Assembly (NCBI GenBank): GCA_965217585.1
Contig: OZ244561.1
Span: 1,376,001 to 1,440,000 of the forward strand
Source: Candidatus Latescibacterota bacterium
GTDB taxonomy: Bacteria; Latescibacterota; UBA2968; UBA8231
Reading direction: 5' to 3'
DNA length: 64,000 nt
Below are positions 29,635-39,944 of this stretch, piece by piece; within the stretch, counting starts at the first letter, position 1; each line of letters starts with the position of its first letter. Both the position numbers and the translations under genes were made by a program. The notes beneath the pieces were generated by a model. That model was not told where the DNA came from. It saw only the letters and a program-made list of their open reading frames with translations, and searched no databases.

Positions 29635-30258
29635 TCACGGAGCACTTGCAGCTATCGTTTGTAGAAAATCGCGGACCGTGCTGAAGACGCTATGATCCAA
29701 ATCCCAGTAGTCATTCTTTGCTGCCACGCCTACGGAAAAATGAGGATTGGGCTTTGTGGTCAGATAGGCATGGGCACGGGCCTTGTCGGATCTCTCGATG
29801 GACACGCTCGGCAAAGATTTGACACACTTGAAAAAGTCATCTATGCAGTCCTCCACCGGCGTAGCTGCAAAGCTCTCGCAAAGTAGCGTCTCAAGCATCC
29901 CTTGGCGATTATCACCGGGCAGTATCAGCACCGCCACCGCCGGGCTATCACCAGTGCGCTCTGTGGGGCTGTCCGGCACAGGCAGCTTGGCTCTCTCCAA
30001 CGAAGACTGAACACTTTGGAATGCCCTCTCAGCGGATGTCTCTGCATCCCGAACGATGCCGAGACTCTGAACGGTCTGAAACCCGGTCGCGCTCACGAGT
30101 CCCTCTAGGAAATCGCGCAGTTGGCTGACCCCGCCAAAGTCCTGAATCTGGACATTGGTAATCGAGAGATGACTAGTGAATGCCTCAAAGAAATTGCGCT
30201 GATCATTGCCCTCGACGATAAGCTGGATTGCCGATTTGATTTCTTTTGGTTTTGGCAT
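29635..30258 (-). CDS. DUF3226 (TOPRIM-like) protein
   Basis: 'LIVEGNDQ', 'GIVRDAE', 'ILPG..GMLETL', 'DKARAHAYL'. Confidence 0.75.
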   Translation of the reverse strand: MPKPKEIKSAIQLIVEGNDQRNFFEAFTSHLSITNVQIQDFGGVSQLRDFLEGLVSATGFQTVQSLGIVRDAETSAERAFQSVQSSLERAKLPVPDSPTERTGDSPAVAVLILPGDNRQGMLETLLCESFAATPVEDCIDDFFKCVKSLPSVSIERSDKARAHAYLTTKPNPHFSVGVAAKNDYWDLDHSVFSTVRDFLQTIAASAP

Positions 30259-30260
30259 AC

Positions 30261-31313
30261 CTAGCGAACCTCAAGCCCGTGCCGAATCGCGGCACTGATT
30301 CCATTTGGCTTAAAGGTAACACAGCGATTTTCCGCGTCGCTGGCTTCGAGCCGGTGTAGGAGAAAGCCGTCAGGGCCAAGGGCTTGATGCGCCGCTTCTA
30401 TACATTCAAAACTATGCGTGGTCGCAAATATCTGTGTGTGGAACTGTTTGGCCGCTTCATCAATAGCTCGCCAGACATCGGGCAGTACCGAGTGGTGAAT
30501 GCCGTTTTCAACCTCATCTATCAGCACGATACCATCCGGCATGGAAGCTATGGCCAAAACGAGCCGGGCGATTTGGGTCATGCCTTCGCCCATTGCTGAC
30601 AGTGGCACCAGTTCGGACAACCCAATATCCCCCCAGATCATAGGTGTGCCGCTGGAGGAATTTTCCTCAATGCTTTGCAATCTCGGCTCGACAATCTGTA
30701 GCGCTTTTAATAGTAGAGATCCCTGTTTCTTCCTTCTCAATTGTCCCAGCCTTACGGCATCTCTGCGGATATTCCTAGTGCGAGACAAGAGAATTATCGC
30801 ACCAAGCGAGGCACTTGTAGTAGGCTGATTGACTTCAAACTCCTGTCCCTTCACACGTATCTGACTTTCGACGCGTTTCCCCAAAGGATCGCTATACTGA
30901 AATGCGAGTGAGAGTTCGCTGAAATAGTCTGGTACCGAAGTTTCTTCCATAAGATCAAGAGCAGTCTCAGGAGTGGCTTGTCGCTCCGATGTGATTTTCA
31001 AAGCCAATTGACCATGCGACGTATGCTCTCCCTCAATCTCAATGGCCCGTTCCATGTCCAGATCAGAAAAGAGCTGTTTCCACAAGGGCCCAATCATAGC
31101 TGGCGATACTCTATTATCCAGTTCCAAGCCACGAATAATGTTGACATTTTTTGCTAGACGTGCGTCTCCAGCTCCAACCAGCAGAGAAATTGCCTCAAGT
31201 AAACTGGTCTTGCCGGAATTATTCTTGCCGGCAATGAGATTAATGCTGCTCAATTGATCGATTTCAAGCGCGTTGAAGCCGCGAAAATTCCGTATCTGCA
31301 AGCGTTTCAACAT
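30261..31313 (-). CDS. AAA_15/AAA_21 ABC-type ATPase
   Basis: 'IRNFRGF', Walker A GKNNSGKTS, 'MGEG', 'LIDEVENGIH', 'FATTHS'; GAGGAG RBS before ATG 31313. Confidence 0.88.
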   Translation of the reverse strand: MLKRLQIRNFRGFNALEIDQLSSINLIAGKNNSGKTSLLEAISLLVGAGDARLAKNVNIIRGLELDNRVSPAMIGPLWKQLFSDLDMERAIEIEGEHTSHGQLALKITSERQATPETALDLMEETSVPDYFSELSLAFQYSDPLGKRVESQIRVKGQEFEVNQPTTSASLGAIILLSRTRNIRRDAVRLGQLRRKKQGSLLLKALQIVEPRLQSIEENSSSGTPMIWGDIGLSELVPLSAMGEGMTQIARLVLAIASMPDGIVLIDEVENGIHHSVLPDVWRAIDEAAKQFHTQIFATTHSFECIEAAHQALGPDGFLLHRLEASDAENRCVTFKPNGISAAIRHGLEVR

Positions 31314-31418
31314 GGCTTTCACTCCTCGCTTATATCAGCAATCCTGAATGACTGAACGACTCGAGATGCGGATCGTCTTGTTTCTACCATTCTGCGTCCA
31401 TCTGCGGATCATAAAGTA

Positions 31419-31688
31419 TCACACGGCCTCAAGCGGCGATAAGTCCTCCTCTTTCATAGGAGAAAGATCAAGGCTGCGTAAAACCTCGTTGATCTGAGCC
31501 GCCGTCATCTGCTCTGGTGCTGTGATTTCTAAGCCAATAGGTTGACCTTCAGGGCCAAAATCCACTAATAAACCTGCGGCTCTCGGCTCTGTTCGTACAC
31601 TTCTCACACCCGAGGCACTCGATAAGTATAGGTATGCGGCTAATGGCCTCCCTTTACGGTAGGTAATTTCCAAATAATGTTCTCGCAT
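31419..31688 (-). CDS. DUF2283-like antitoxin
   Basis: 'AAYLYL', 'LLVDFGPEGQPIGLEI'. Confidence 0.75.
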   Translation of the reverse strand: MREHYLEITYRKGRPLAAYLYLSSASGVRSVRTEPRAAGLLVDFGPEGQPIGLEITAPEQMTAAQINEVLRSLDLSPMKEEDLSPLEAV

Positions 31689-31698
31689 GATTAGCTCC

Positions 31699-31947
31699 TC
31701 AAAGGGGGTAAGCAGTTATAACAACCAATGACCTTTCCAAAAGATCCGGTTCAACAACAACCTCCCAAGCGCGATGACGATGATGCGTTTCAATGATCCA
31801 GCGTCCCTCTATAAAATCAGGGTGATACCCAGTGGCTCGGTCCAGCATAATGCGTAGGTCAATCTCACTAAAATCGCGCTGGAGCATACGCTTTTCCAGA
31901 TGGGACGACAACTCCAACTCCCAATCCCACCACGCAGGCCAGTTCAT
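31699..31947 (-). CDS. DUF4258-like toxin
   Basis: 'SSHLEKRMLQR', C-terminal 'VVITAYP'. Confidence 0.7.
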   Translation of the reverse strand: MNWPAWWDWELELSSHLEKRMLQRDFSEIDLRIMLDRATGYHPDFIEGRWIIETHHRHRAWEVVVEPDLLERSLVVITAYPL

Positions 31948-32027
31948 GGTTGTCTAACTTACAACTGTTTCGGAAGAGCGGTTCAAAGCATAATATCCGG
32001 ATCCGCTAAGTGGATCAACTCGTTCCA

Positions 32028-32240
32028 TTACAAAAGGTTACGAAATTCTTCAACGGTTAATCCTGCGTCCCTTACAATACCCCCCATAGTAAAGGCATTA
32101 ACAGGATTGTTTCTTGGAATAGTCAGAATACGCACTCCATCTGTCATGACGATATGCTTGCCCTGACGTGCAATGTGAAAACCCGCCTTTCCCAAAGCTC
32201 GCACCGCATCAAGATGGTTGACACCCGGAATCTTGGGCAT
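32028..32240 (-). CDS. hicA: HicA family toxin
   Basis: 'ALGKAGF..RQGKHIVM..LTIPR..GIVRDAGLTVEEF'. Confidence 0.88.
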   Translation of the reverse strand: MPKIPGVNHLDAVRALGKAGFHIARQGKHIVMTDGVRILTIPRNNPVNAFTMGGIVRDAGLTVEEFRNLL

Positions 32241-32438
32241 TTATACCACCAGTTCGATTTCTCGGACTTCGGCATTCTCCAAAAGGTCTTCTACGACGCT
32301 GATATATTCTCGAATGGCGGCTTCGATATTGACGAGAGCCTCTTCTTCTGTTCTTCCTTCAGACCAACAACCCGGAAAGCCAGGGATCGAGACACTATAG
32401 CCCTCGTCAGATCGATGAAGGGCAATTTTGTACCTCAT
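32241..32438 (-). CDS. hicB: HicB family antitoxin (short form, hicBA order)
   Basis: 'GYSVSIPGFPGCWSEGRTEEEALVNIEAAI'. Confidence 0.88.
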   Translation of the reverse strand: MRYKIALHRSDEGYSVSIPGFPGCWSEGRTEEEALVNIEAAIREYISVVEDLLENAEVREIELVV

Positions 32439-32532
32439 AATGGTCTCTTTGCGGTTATTCATTTTCCTCTCCTTCTAATGTGTCGCCGATAAGCGGCGAG
32501 CGAATGTACCTGTCGTTTAAGGGGCCCGACCT

Positions 32533-32784
32533 TCATCCACAGTTCATTTCCTCCGCTATTTCGTCCATATTGTACTGGAATACGGAGACCTCGAATCGGC
32601 CTAGTGCCGAGATGAATTCGCTGCGGGATAAACCCGAAATTTCGGCTGCTCGGCTTTGGGAAACCAGCCCCATCTCGTACCATTTCACAGCGGTAGCCAA
32701 ACGCAACTCTTGGGTGAAACGCTCGGGATGTTTCCGCACCGACGAAAGCATATCTTCTCGCAGTTCAAAAGTAACCGTTACCAT
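32533..32784 (-). CDS. UPF0175 family antitoxin-like protein (no partner toxin visible)
   Basis: 'AVKWYEMGLVSQSRAAEISGLSRSEFI'. Confidence 0.8.
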   Translation of the reverse strand: MVTVTFELREDMLSSVRKHPERFTQELRLATAVKWYEMGLVSQSRAAEISGLSRSEFISALGRFEVSVFQYNMDEIAEEMNCG

Positions 32785-32840
32785 AGCATTCTCTCCTGAT
32801 TGACTAAGGCGTGGTTCTCGTAGATGACGAACAGATGGTA

Positions 32841-35800
32841 TTAGTCTTCCAAGTTCAAAAGGTCAAAGCACCCGCATCGAAGTAGGTTCTCGCGAGCCCG
32901 TTTGGCATTTTCTTGTACAGTTTCATCGTCGCTTTTCAGTCCGGCTCGGAGGATAGGTTTCGCTTCATTGGTTGGAATATAAAGGCTCTCGTCATTTTTG
33001 ACAGCGAAATCAGTTAGCTTGGCAAAACACTCTACGACCAGTGTAGTATGATCCTCAATCATCTCTCGTAGGACATCTATCTGCATATATATTTTGATAT
33101 CCTTTAATCCGCTTATATCGAGGATATTCGATAACGAAGTCAGACGCCAGTCGGCGTCCAAGCACTCTGCCCCCAGCCAAAACGTAAATTCTTTAAGTTC
33201 GGATGGTTCCTTTTTCTCAAAGCGCCAGTTGAAGAAGTCGATGGTTCTCTGTTTAAGGCCCGCTTCCAGTTGCTTATCGCTGTTTTTCAAGGAGATCCCT
33301 ATATGATTAAACAAGTGAGACCAGCGATCTTTGTCTTCCTTGGTCTTTTTGTAAAATTCTTCCAACAAACTGCTATCTCCCGTAAGTGGATAAACTTCCC
33401 ATAGATAGTAGGTAAATAAGTGTTCGCCGAGAGTATCTGTGCTGTCCGTCTTGAATTTATCAATGTTCTCAAGTGCGAACTCAATGTCGTCCCGGACAAT
33501 ATCAAAGACCTGTTTGTATGGCCGATTATACCGGAGGAAATTTTCAAAGGCTTCCGTCCATGCTGGTATTTTCTCTTGCGGAAGAAGATCTCTCTTATGC
33601 TGGACCGCCCATTCTCGATTCAAATCGCAGATGCGGCCGTAATTCAGTCCAAGGAGGGCATATTCAGGCAGTGTCAGTGCGTACTTGCATTCCGAACCGA
33701 GTCGCTTATCGAGGATAGTAAAAACTTCAGGCGTATCCGCTTGATTATCCCCCGATTGGCGGCGCACCCAGTAACCGAAATCGACCAAATGCTCCAGTGC
33801 CTTACTTCGTGTATTATTGATCGCTTCGGTTAGTTGGTCGTCTCGATTTGTAAAAACGGGATCATCCTCATCCAGTCGCCTGTCGTATTGGGTGCAAAGC
33901 TTATCCAACAAAGAGACGAGACGCTGACTCATTGAGATTGGGACATTGACATCCTCTTTCAGGCACATTCCGACAAAATCGCCCACTGCTTGACGCGAAC
34001 TTTGCCAGTCTGGATGCTCCCTGGATACATCGCTACGATTGACTTCTTCTTCCTTTGGCTGGTCAGGATGGGACAATACCCATTCGCAGAGATCGAACCA
34101 TTGATCGAGCTTGTCGAATTGCTTGAGTTTTACTTGCTCTTGGATGGCAGACACTATCGCCTCGACATAGATAGGTCTCTTCAATTGGTCCCGATTTTCG
34201 GTCCAGAAGTGTAGCCGCGATTCGTTAGGTATGATAACCTCTTTAAAAATCGACTGAAACGCTTGGGCAAGCCCTTCGAAATTGATGTGTACCCACCACT
34301 CATCAGGATCGCGATCAACATTTTCCCATTCGTTCAAGAACGAAAGGATTTCCTCATCTGACATTTCATCCAGTTCGTCAGCCGGCTTCGGACTACGCTC
34401 CTCTACTTGCTTCACATCTCCTAATCTATAAGGTCCATAGTCGTCATCCGTAATCGGCTTTTCTTCTTCCGCATTTAGTTCTTCAAAGTATTCGCTGTAT
34501 TTGCCGAAGAGTACTGAAGCAAATGGATTTAGTTGCATTCTGTGGAAGTGGCGTTTCCGTTCTTCAAATGATTCTTCGGTAAAACGATCTCCTGCCCGAT
34601 CCCGAAAATGCTGCTCCGATGGCCCGCTAAGGATAGTCTCAAATATTCGCTCCTTTTCGGCCTTGGTGAGCAAACTATCGCCGAATTTTTCACATGCTAG
34701 GCGAATCATGTGCTGAAACTCAAAGCGGTGATCCCATTTATCGTAATCTTCGTGGGCAAGGATCATCTCACGAATCCAAGGCTTAGTCTGTTCATTTAGA
34801 TGCAGTGAGTAAAGATGCTGGCAGATGCGTATAAAAATACCCCAACTCTGGTTTCGCAACGCTTGATCCAGTGCTGACGCGGCTTCCGGCGCTTTCTCGT
34901 AAACTTTTTCACAGGCGAACGTTAGCGTATGAACAAGAATATCCTTCGAGTTTGGAGGCCCACCGCCAAGTTCGTTCACACGCCTGAATAAAAAAAAGGT
35001 AAGATCATTACTACTGCTCTCTTCAAGATCGTCCTGATAAAATAGGCGTATCATAGTCGCGGTGGCATCAAGCAATATTCGAGCTATTGAGTAAGGCTCT
35101 CGCTCCGCTAAAGGTCGGACACCTTTTTCCAGTATTTGACAATACTCCCACTCATCAAAGCGTGGTCGTGGCTCCAGCCGAGTTGTCCAATCTTCGGGAT
35201 TCGCTCTGCGTCGAGCCTGTTTGTCCTCGGCTTGCTGGTCGGGTTGGAACTCAACTACCTTGAGTAAAAATGATTCTGAAAATCCTCCAAAACGCCTGTC
35301 CATAAGCGAAAGCCTATTAACTAATTGTATAATTTTCTCATGGCCCCATCGAGAATGATCTACAAAGGCCAGAATTTTCTCAGAAAGACGCATCAGATCA
35401 TTCGTATCATCCGACTTCAGAACTATGGTCACAATTCCCTCAAGCACACGTGGATTAGTGTTTTCAGGTAGTCCTTCCAATATGGTAAAGACTTCCTCAC
35501 GAGCTGAGTCACAAACTCTCTCGAGATAGTAAATCGGTGGCCAATCAGGAATCTTTAAACTTCCATCTTCAGTTTGTTCAACTTCCGGTAGATTGTCCAA
35601 TAGTCCACTGGCCTTCAGGTGAGGAATCCACATCGGCTCATCTGCATTATTAAAGAAATAGCGATAGTTATCGCCACGAGATTGTAATAGCTTTATCACT
35701 CGATCAATCTCGACCTGAGTAGCACCATCTCCTCGACCTAATATGGCTTTTAGCTCCTGCAAATCCTCGGTGACAATCGATTGAGTCGGATCGACAGGTT

Positions 35801-36416
35801 CTTCGATTAAATGCTGCTCCCTTGTGAATTCGGGTTTAAACGCGCTGGCATATTCTTTGAGACTGTCAAAATGATATATGTAACGCCGAATCTTACAGGA
35901 TTTACCAAAGTCACCATCCCCACTCACCACAGCGATGTTTGCCTTGTGGTCATTGTGATATGATTCTAGCGCACTCAGAATGAAGGCGTCGGGAAATTCC
36001 TTATTCTTATTCTTAGAAAATGGTGGCTCAACCGAAAAATACCAATCCACGACGCGGTCGATATCCCCAACAAGTGGTAGCTCCTCAACAACGAAATGTG
36101 ACTTGAACTGCTCCCACTGTGATTTAAGCTCATTGAAACATTCATCTATAACCTCGTTTTTAGGCCGTGGCGTCCACATCTTCAAGAACGGCATAGGGTG
36201 CTTCTGTTGTGCCTTATGAACCGCGTCTGCACATTCTTCGGCTTGCCTCCAATAATGCCGAAGAATCTCGCGTTCCATCATGGCCGGAATCAATAAACGT
36301 AGTCCTCCCTTGACGAATGTGTCCTTCAGTGAGTTAAAGTCGTTTGTATCCAAACGCAGTCCCTGACGCTTGAACACCTCCGTATCAATGTATAAGGATG
36401 TGGGGATATGTCTCAT
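32841..36416 (-). CDS. 1191-aa protein: N-terminal PIN-like (DUF4935-type) domain plus long helical region
   Basis: 'YIDTEVF', 'EREI', 'PPF..KEFPDAFIL', 'VVSGDGDF'; lower GC. Confidence 0.75.
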   Translation of the reverse strand: MRHIPTSLYIDTEVFKRQGLRLDTNDFNSLKDTFVKGGLRLLIPAMMEREILRHYWRQAEECADAVHKAQQKHPMPFLKMWTPRPKNEVIDECFNELKSQWEQFKSHFVVEELPLVGDIDRVVDWYFSVEPPFSKNKNKEFPDAFILSALESYHNDHKANIAVVSGDGDFGKSCKIRRYIYHFDSLKEYASAFKPEFTREQHLIEEPVDPTQSIVTEDLQELKAILGRGDGATQVEIDRVIKLLQSRGDNYRYFFNNADEPMWIPHLKASGLLDNLPEVEQTEDGSLKIPDWPPIYYLERVCDSAREEVFTILEGLPENTNPRVLEGIVTIVLKSDDTNDLMRLSEKILAFVDHSRWGHEKIIQLVNRLSLMDRRFGGFSESFLLKVVEFQPDQQAEDKQARRRANPEDWTTRLEPRPRFDEWEYCQILEKGVRPLAEREPYSIARILLDATATMIRLFYQDDLEESSSNDLTFFLFRRVNELGGGPPNSKDILVHTLTFACEKVYEKAPEAASALDQALRNQSWGIFIRICQHLYSLHLNEQTKPWIREMILAHEDYDKWDHRFEFQHMIRLACEKFGDSLLTKAEKERIFETILSGPSEQHFRDRAGDRFTEESFEERKRHFHRMQLNPFASVLFGKYSEYFEELNAEEEKPITDDDYGPYRLGDVKQVEERSPKPADELDEMSDEEILSFLNEWENVDRDPDEWWVHINFEGLAQAFQSIFKEVIIPNESRLHFWTENRDQLKRPIYVEAIVSAIQEQVKLKQFDKLDQWFDLCEWVLSHPDQPKEEEVNRSDVSREHPDWQSSRQAVGDFVGMCLKEDVNVPISMSQRLVSLLDKLCTQYDRRLDEDDPVFTNRDDQLTEAINNTRSKALEHLVDFGYWVRRQSGDNQADTPEVFTILDKRLGSECKYALTLPEYALLGLNYGRICDLNREWAVQHKRDLLPQEKIPAWTEAFENFLRYNRPYKQVFDIVRDDIEFALENIDKFKTDSTDTLGEHLFTYYLWEVYPLTGDSSLLEEFYKKTKEDKDRWSHLFNHIGISLKNSDKQLEAGLKQRTIDFFNWRFEKKEPSELKEFTFWLGAECLDADWRLTSLSNILDISGLKDIKIYMQIDVLREMIEDHTTLVVECFAKLTDFAVKNDESLYIPTNEAKPILRAGLKSDDETVQENAKRARENLLRCGCFDLLNLED

Positions 36417-36960
36417 GTGATTGTGTACACCTTGCCAAAAAGGATTTCGAGAGTTACCGGAATCTTTCGTCCTGAGATTTAAGAAATATACCTATTAATC
36501 TGATGTCATCTTGGTAGATTAACCGCCCCACACCCGCCCAATCGCCCCCCGAATCTTCCCCTCCATCCGCTCCACCAACTCCCGATTAGCGGCGACAAGA
36601 GACTGCTCGGCTTCGATTTCGGCGACGATGGCTTGCTGGGTTTCGAGGGGAGGAAGCGGAATCTTGGTCTTGAACAACTGCGACCGGTTAATCTTTGGAA
36701 TGCTTGCTCGCTCGTAGTAATGCTGAATTTGTTTATTGAACGCTTCAGACAGCATATAGTTAGCCAGATAAGAGGCTTGGACTCTCGAATAATTCGGGAT
36801 CAGAGGATACATGTCGGAGCTACTGTATCCATGAAGGTCAACAATAGCCAATTTGTTGAGATATGGGCGAATTTTGCTGTAGAGTAGGCGCTCACCTGAG
36901 AATTCATAGACCGGCCCACTGACTCCTTGAGCCTGAATCGTCTCCACTTTAACGAGCTTA

Positions 36961-37892
36961 GAGGCTGTCTGAAAACCCTTGCTGTAGCCCGTATTTGAAT
37001 CGGCGTACTCATCGGGCCATATTCAGGTTTCGCTACAAAATCTGAACAGAAAGGCTCGTATGATGAGTACGCCTAGTGGCCAATATGCCACCGATGTAAC
37101 CGATGCGCAATGGCGGCGGATCGAACCGTTGCTGCCGGCTTCGACTTGGCAACCGAACGGTCCGGGTCGGCCGCCGCGGGATCAACGCCAGATGGTCAAC
37201 GGCCTTTTGTATTTGACCAAGACCGGGTGTCCTTGGGCGCTGCTGCCTTCTTGCTTTGGGCCGTGGAAAACGGTGTATGATTACTTTCGTCGCTGGAGTC
37301 TACAAGGGGTCTGGCCACAGGTATTGGATCGACTCACCCAGCGAGAACGCCGCCTTAACGGACGGGCCCCTCAGCCGTCGGCTGGTTGTGTCGATAGTCA
37401 GACGATCAAGACGGCAACCCACGGTAAAACAACCGGTTATGACGCCGGCAAAAAGATCCAAGGACGTAAACGTCATCTGTTGGTCGACACCTCGGGCTTG
37501 CTTAGAGAGGTGGTGGTCACCGCCGCCGATGTAGACGATCGCGACGGCTTGAAGCAGGTGTTGACCCGCTATAGTACTCCCGACGTACCCCGGTTACGCA
37601 AACTGTGGGTCGATGGCGGCTATCGAGGCGATCCGATCCGAACGTGGGTGGCCAACCTAAAAAAGACGCACAAAATAGACTTGGAAGTCGTCGCCAAACA
37701 AGGCGGCGGATTTACCGTAGTCAAACGTCGTTGGGTCGTCGAGCGCACGTTTGCGTGGTTGATGAATTTTCGCCGCCATGCCCGAGATTATGAGGTGTTG
37801 ACCCGCCATAGCGAGGCCTTGATTCAGATTGCCATGATCCACTTGCTACTCAAACGGATCAAATAGAAAAAATGGAGTTTTCAGACAGCCTC
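36961..37892 (+). mobile_element. IS5-family (IS1031-group-like) insertion sequence, 932 bp
   Basis: Perfect 16-bp TIRs GAGGCTGTCTGAAAAC (36961-36976 and 37877-37892); TTA target duplication at 36958-36960 and 37893-37895. Confidence 0.95.
37060..37866 (+). CDS. IS5-family DDE transposase
   Basis: 'YATDVTDAQW', 'CVDSQTIK', 'GRKRHLLVDT', 'WVDGGY', 'RWVVERTFAW'. Confidence 0.95.
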   Translation: MMSTPSGQYATDVTDAQWRRIEPLLPASTWQPNGPGRPPRDQRQMVNGLLYLTKTGCPWALLPSCFGPWKTVYDYFRRWSLQGVWPQVLDRLTQRERRLNGRAPQPSAGCVDSQTIKTATHGKTTGYDAGKKIQGRKRHLLVDTSGLLREVVVTAADVDDRDGLKQVLTRYSTPDVPRLRKLWVDGGYRGDPIRTWVANLKKTHKIDLEVVAKQGGGFTVVKRRWVVERTFAWLMNFRRHARDYEVLTRHSEALIQIAMIHLLLKRIK

Positions 37893-39944
37893 TTACCAGT
37901 ATTCGATTCTATACTGTCAGCTCCAAAGTAAGGACATAGGGGATCCACTTCCTTGGTAATACTTCCACCGATCTTACACAACGCCCCCAACTCTACCATC
38001 GGCCACTCAGGATCAACCACAATCTGCGGCCGATAGTTGTCAATCACCGCCCGCGCCCCGTCTATCACCCGCTGATACCCCTCAATCTCCGCCACAATCT
38101 CCCGCTGCACCTCCAACGGCGGCAGGGGAATTTGGATTTCTGACAACTGTCCTTTTGTGACACCTTGTATTGTTGAACCCTGACTAACTTTTTTAAAGTT
38201 TTCGACTCTATCCTTGAGAACGTACACAAGGTAATCTGCATTAACCGCATCTTTCAAAATTAGTCCTTGAGAATCTTGGCTTATGCAAACGTCGAAATCA
38301 TTCCTGAATAATTTTCCCAGTCCAACTCTTGTTACAACTATGACATTCCCTTTTTTGATTAAGTTAGTGGCTGATTCGCTTATGGCTTCTTCTGTGATGT
38401 ATTTCCGCGGTTTTGCTGTCTTGACATTCACGATGTCTGCACTTGTAATCCATGGAATATCGCCGTTCCAGTAGGCTTCATTCTTTGTTGAAGGTGTACC
38501 ACCGCTCAAAATATCATCGCAAACATCCCCCAATTCCACCATCGGCCACTTCATACTGGCGTAATTAGTCGTTTCCCGGTACCTTTCCCCGCTCAGATTA
38601 TACTCCCCTCCCCCCGTAATCTTCTCCTTCTCGGCGACCAGCCCCAGCGTGGCCGTGTACTCCACTTTAGGTTCCGCCACACCATCGCTCGTCACCGACT
38701 CCCCCGCCCGTAGCTGCCCCAGATACTCGCCAAGCTCCTCCCTCACCTGCGGCAAGTCATTCTCCGCAATCTCCCGCCGCTGCGCCCCCAAACCAAACCC
38801 ATCGTTCTCCACCTTAAAAAAGGCAATGCGATCCGTCTTTTGCGCCAGCGCCTTGTCCAGCAGCAGAATGGATGTCTTGACCCCCGAATAGGGCTGGAAC
38901 ACGCCCGCCGGCAGCGAGATAACAGCCACCAGATAATTCTCCACCAGCATCTTGCGTAGCTGCTTATGGGCGGTCTGGCTCTGAAAGACAATGCCCTCCG
39001 GCACAATGATACCGGCGCGCCCCGTAGGCGTCAGATGCTCGGCCATGTAATCGACAAACAGCACTTCGCTGCGTTTGGATTGCACCGAAAAGCGGCGATG
39101 CGGACGAATGCCGCCCTTCGGCGACATAAACGGCGGATTGGCCAAAATCACGTCGGCATACTCGTTCCAGCGCTCCTCGCTGGTCAGGGTGTCGTACTCG
39201 GAGATATGCGGCTCGACAAAGCCGTGCAGATACAGATTCACCAGCGACAGCCGCACCATATCGGGCGAGATGTCATAGCCCTTGAAATTGGCCGCGAGTG
39301 TCCCCTTTTCATCTGGCGTGAGCGTACTATTGCCCTCGTCGTCGATATTGGCCTTGAGAATATGCTTGTACGACGAAATCAGGAACCCGGCAGTGCCACA
39401 GGCCGGGTCGAGAATAGTTTCGTCTTTCTTCGGATCAACAACGGCGACAATGAAGTCGATGATATGGCGCGGAGTGCGGAATTGCCCAGCGTCCCCCTGC
39501 GAGCCAAGAACCGAGAGCAGATATTCAAAAGCATCGCCGAGCCGCTCGCTGTGATCGTACGTAAACTCGTCAATGACCTTGAGAAAGGCGCGCAAAGTCT
39601 CCGGGTCGCGGTAGGGCAAATAGGCGTTGTTGAAGATGTCGCGGAACAGCGGCGGAATGCCCGGATTTTCCGGCATCCGGGTGATCGCCTCGGCGTACAG
39701 ATTCAAGGTCTCGTGGCCGCCCAAGCCAGCGCGCACCAGTTGAGGCCAGCCATAGCGGGCAAAGTCGCCGGCAAAAAACGTGCGCTGCCCGCCCAACTCC
39801 TCGCTCGCGGCGTCAATGTCGTCCATGAACTTGTAGATGAGCGCGATGGTGATTTGCTCCACTTGGCTTTTAGGGTCGGGCACCTTGCCGACGAGAATGT
39901 CGCGGGCCGTGTCAATGCGGCGTTTGGTAGCGGTGTCGAGCATA

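Larger units (their letters stand above)
36519..39943 (-). pseudogene. hsdM: Fused type I HsdM-HsdS gene interrupted by IS5 in the second TRD
   Basis: 'GQFRTP', 'LDPACGTAGF', 'NPPF', then HsdS motifs 'GGTPS', 'IPLPPLEVQ'; removing the IS and one TTA restores ESNTGK|LVKVETIQ..YSKIRPYLNK (829 aa). Confidence 0.9.

Noticed and set aside
37988-38550. Repeated 'WPMVELG' DNA as hsdS shufflon sites
   Set aside because: These are the normal direct conserved-region repeats of HsdS; no invertase or silent TRD cassettes.
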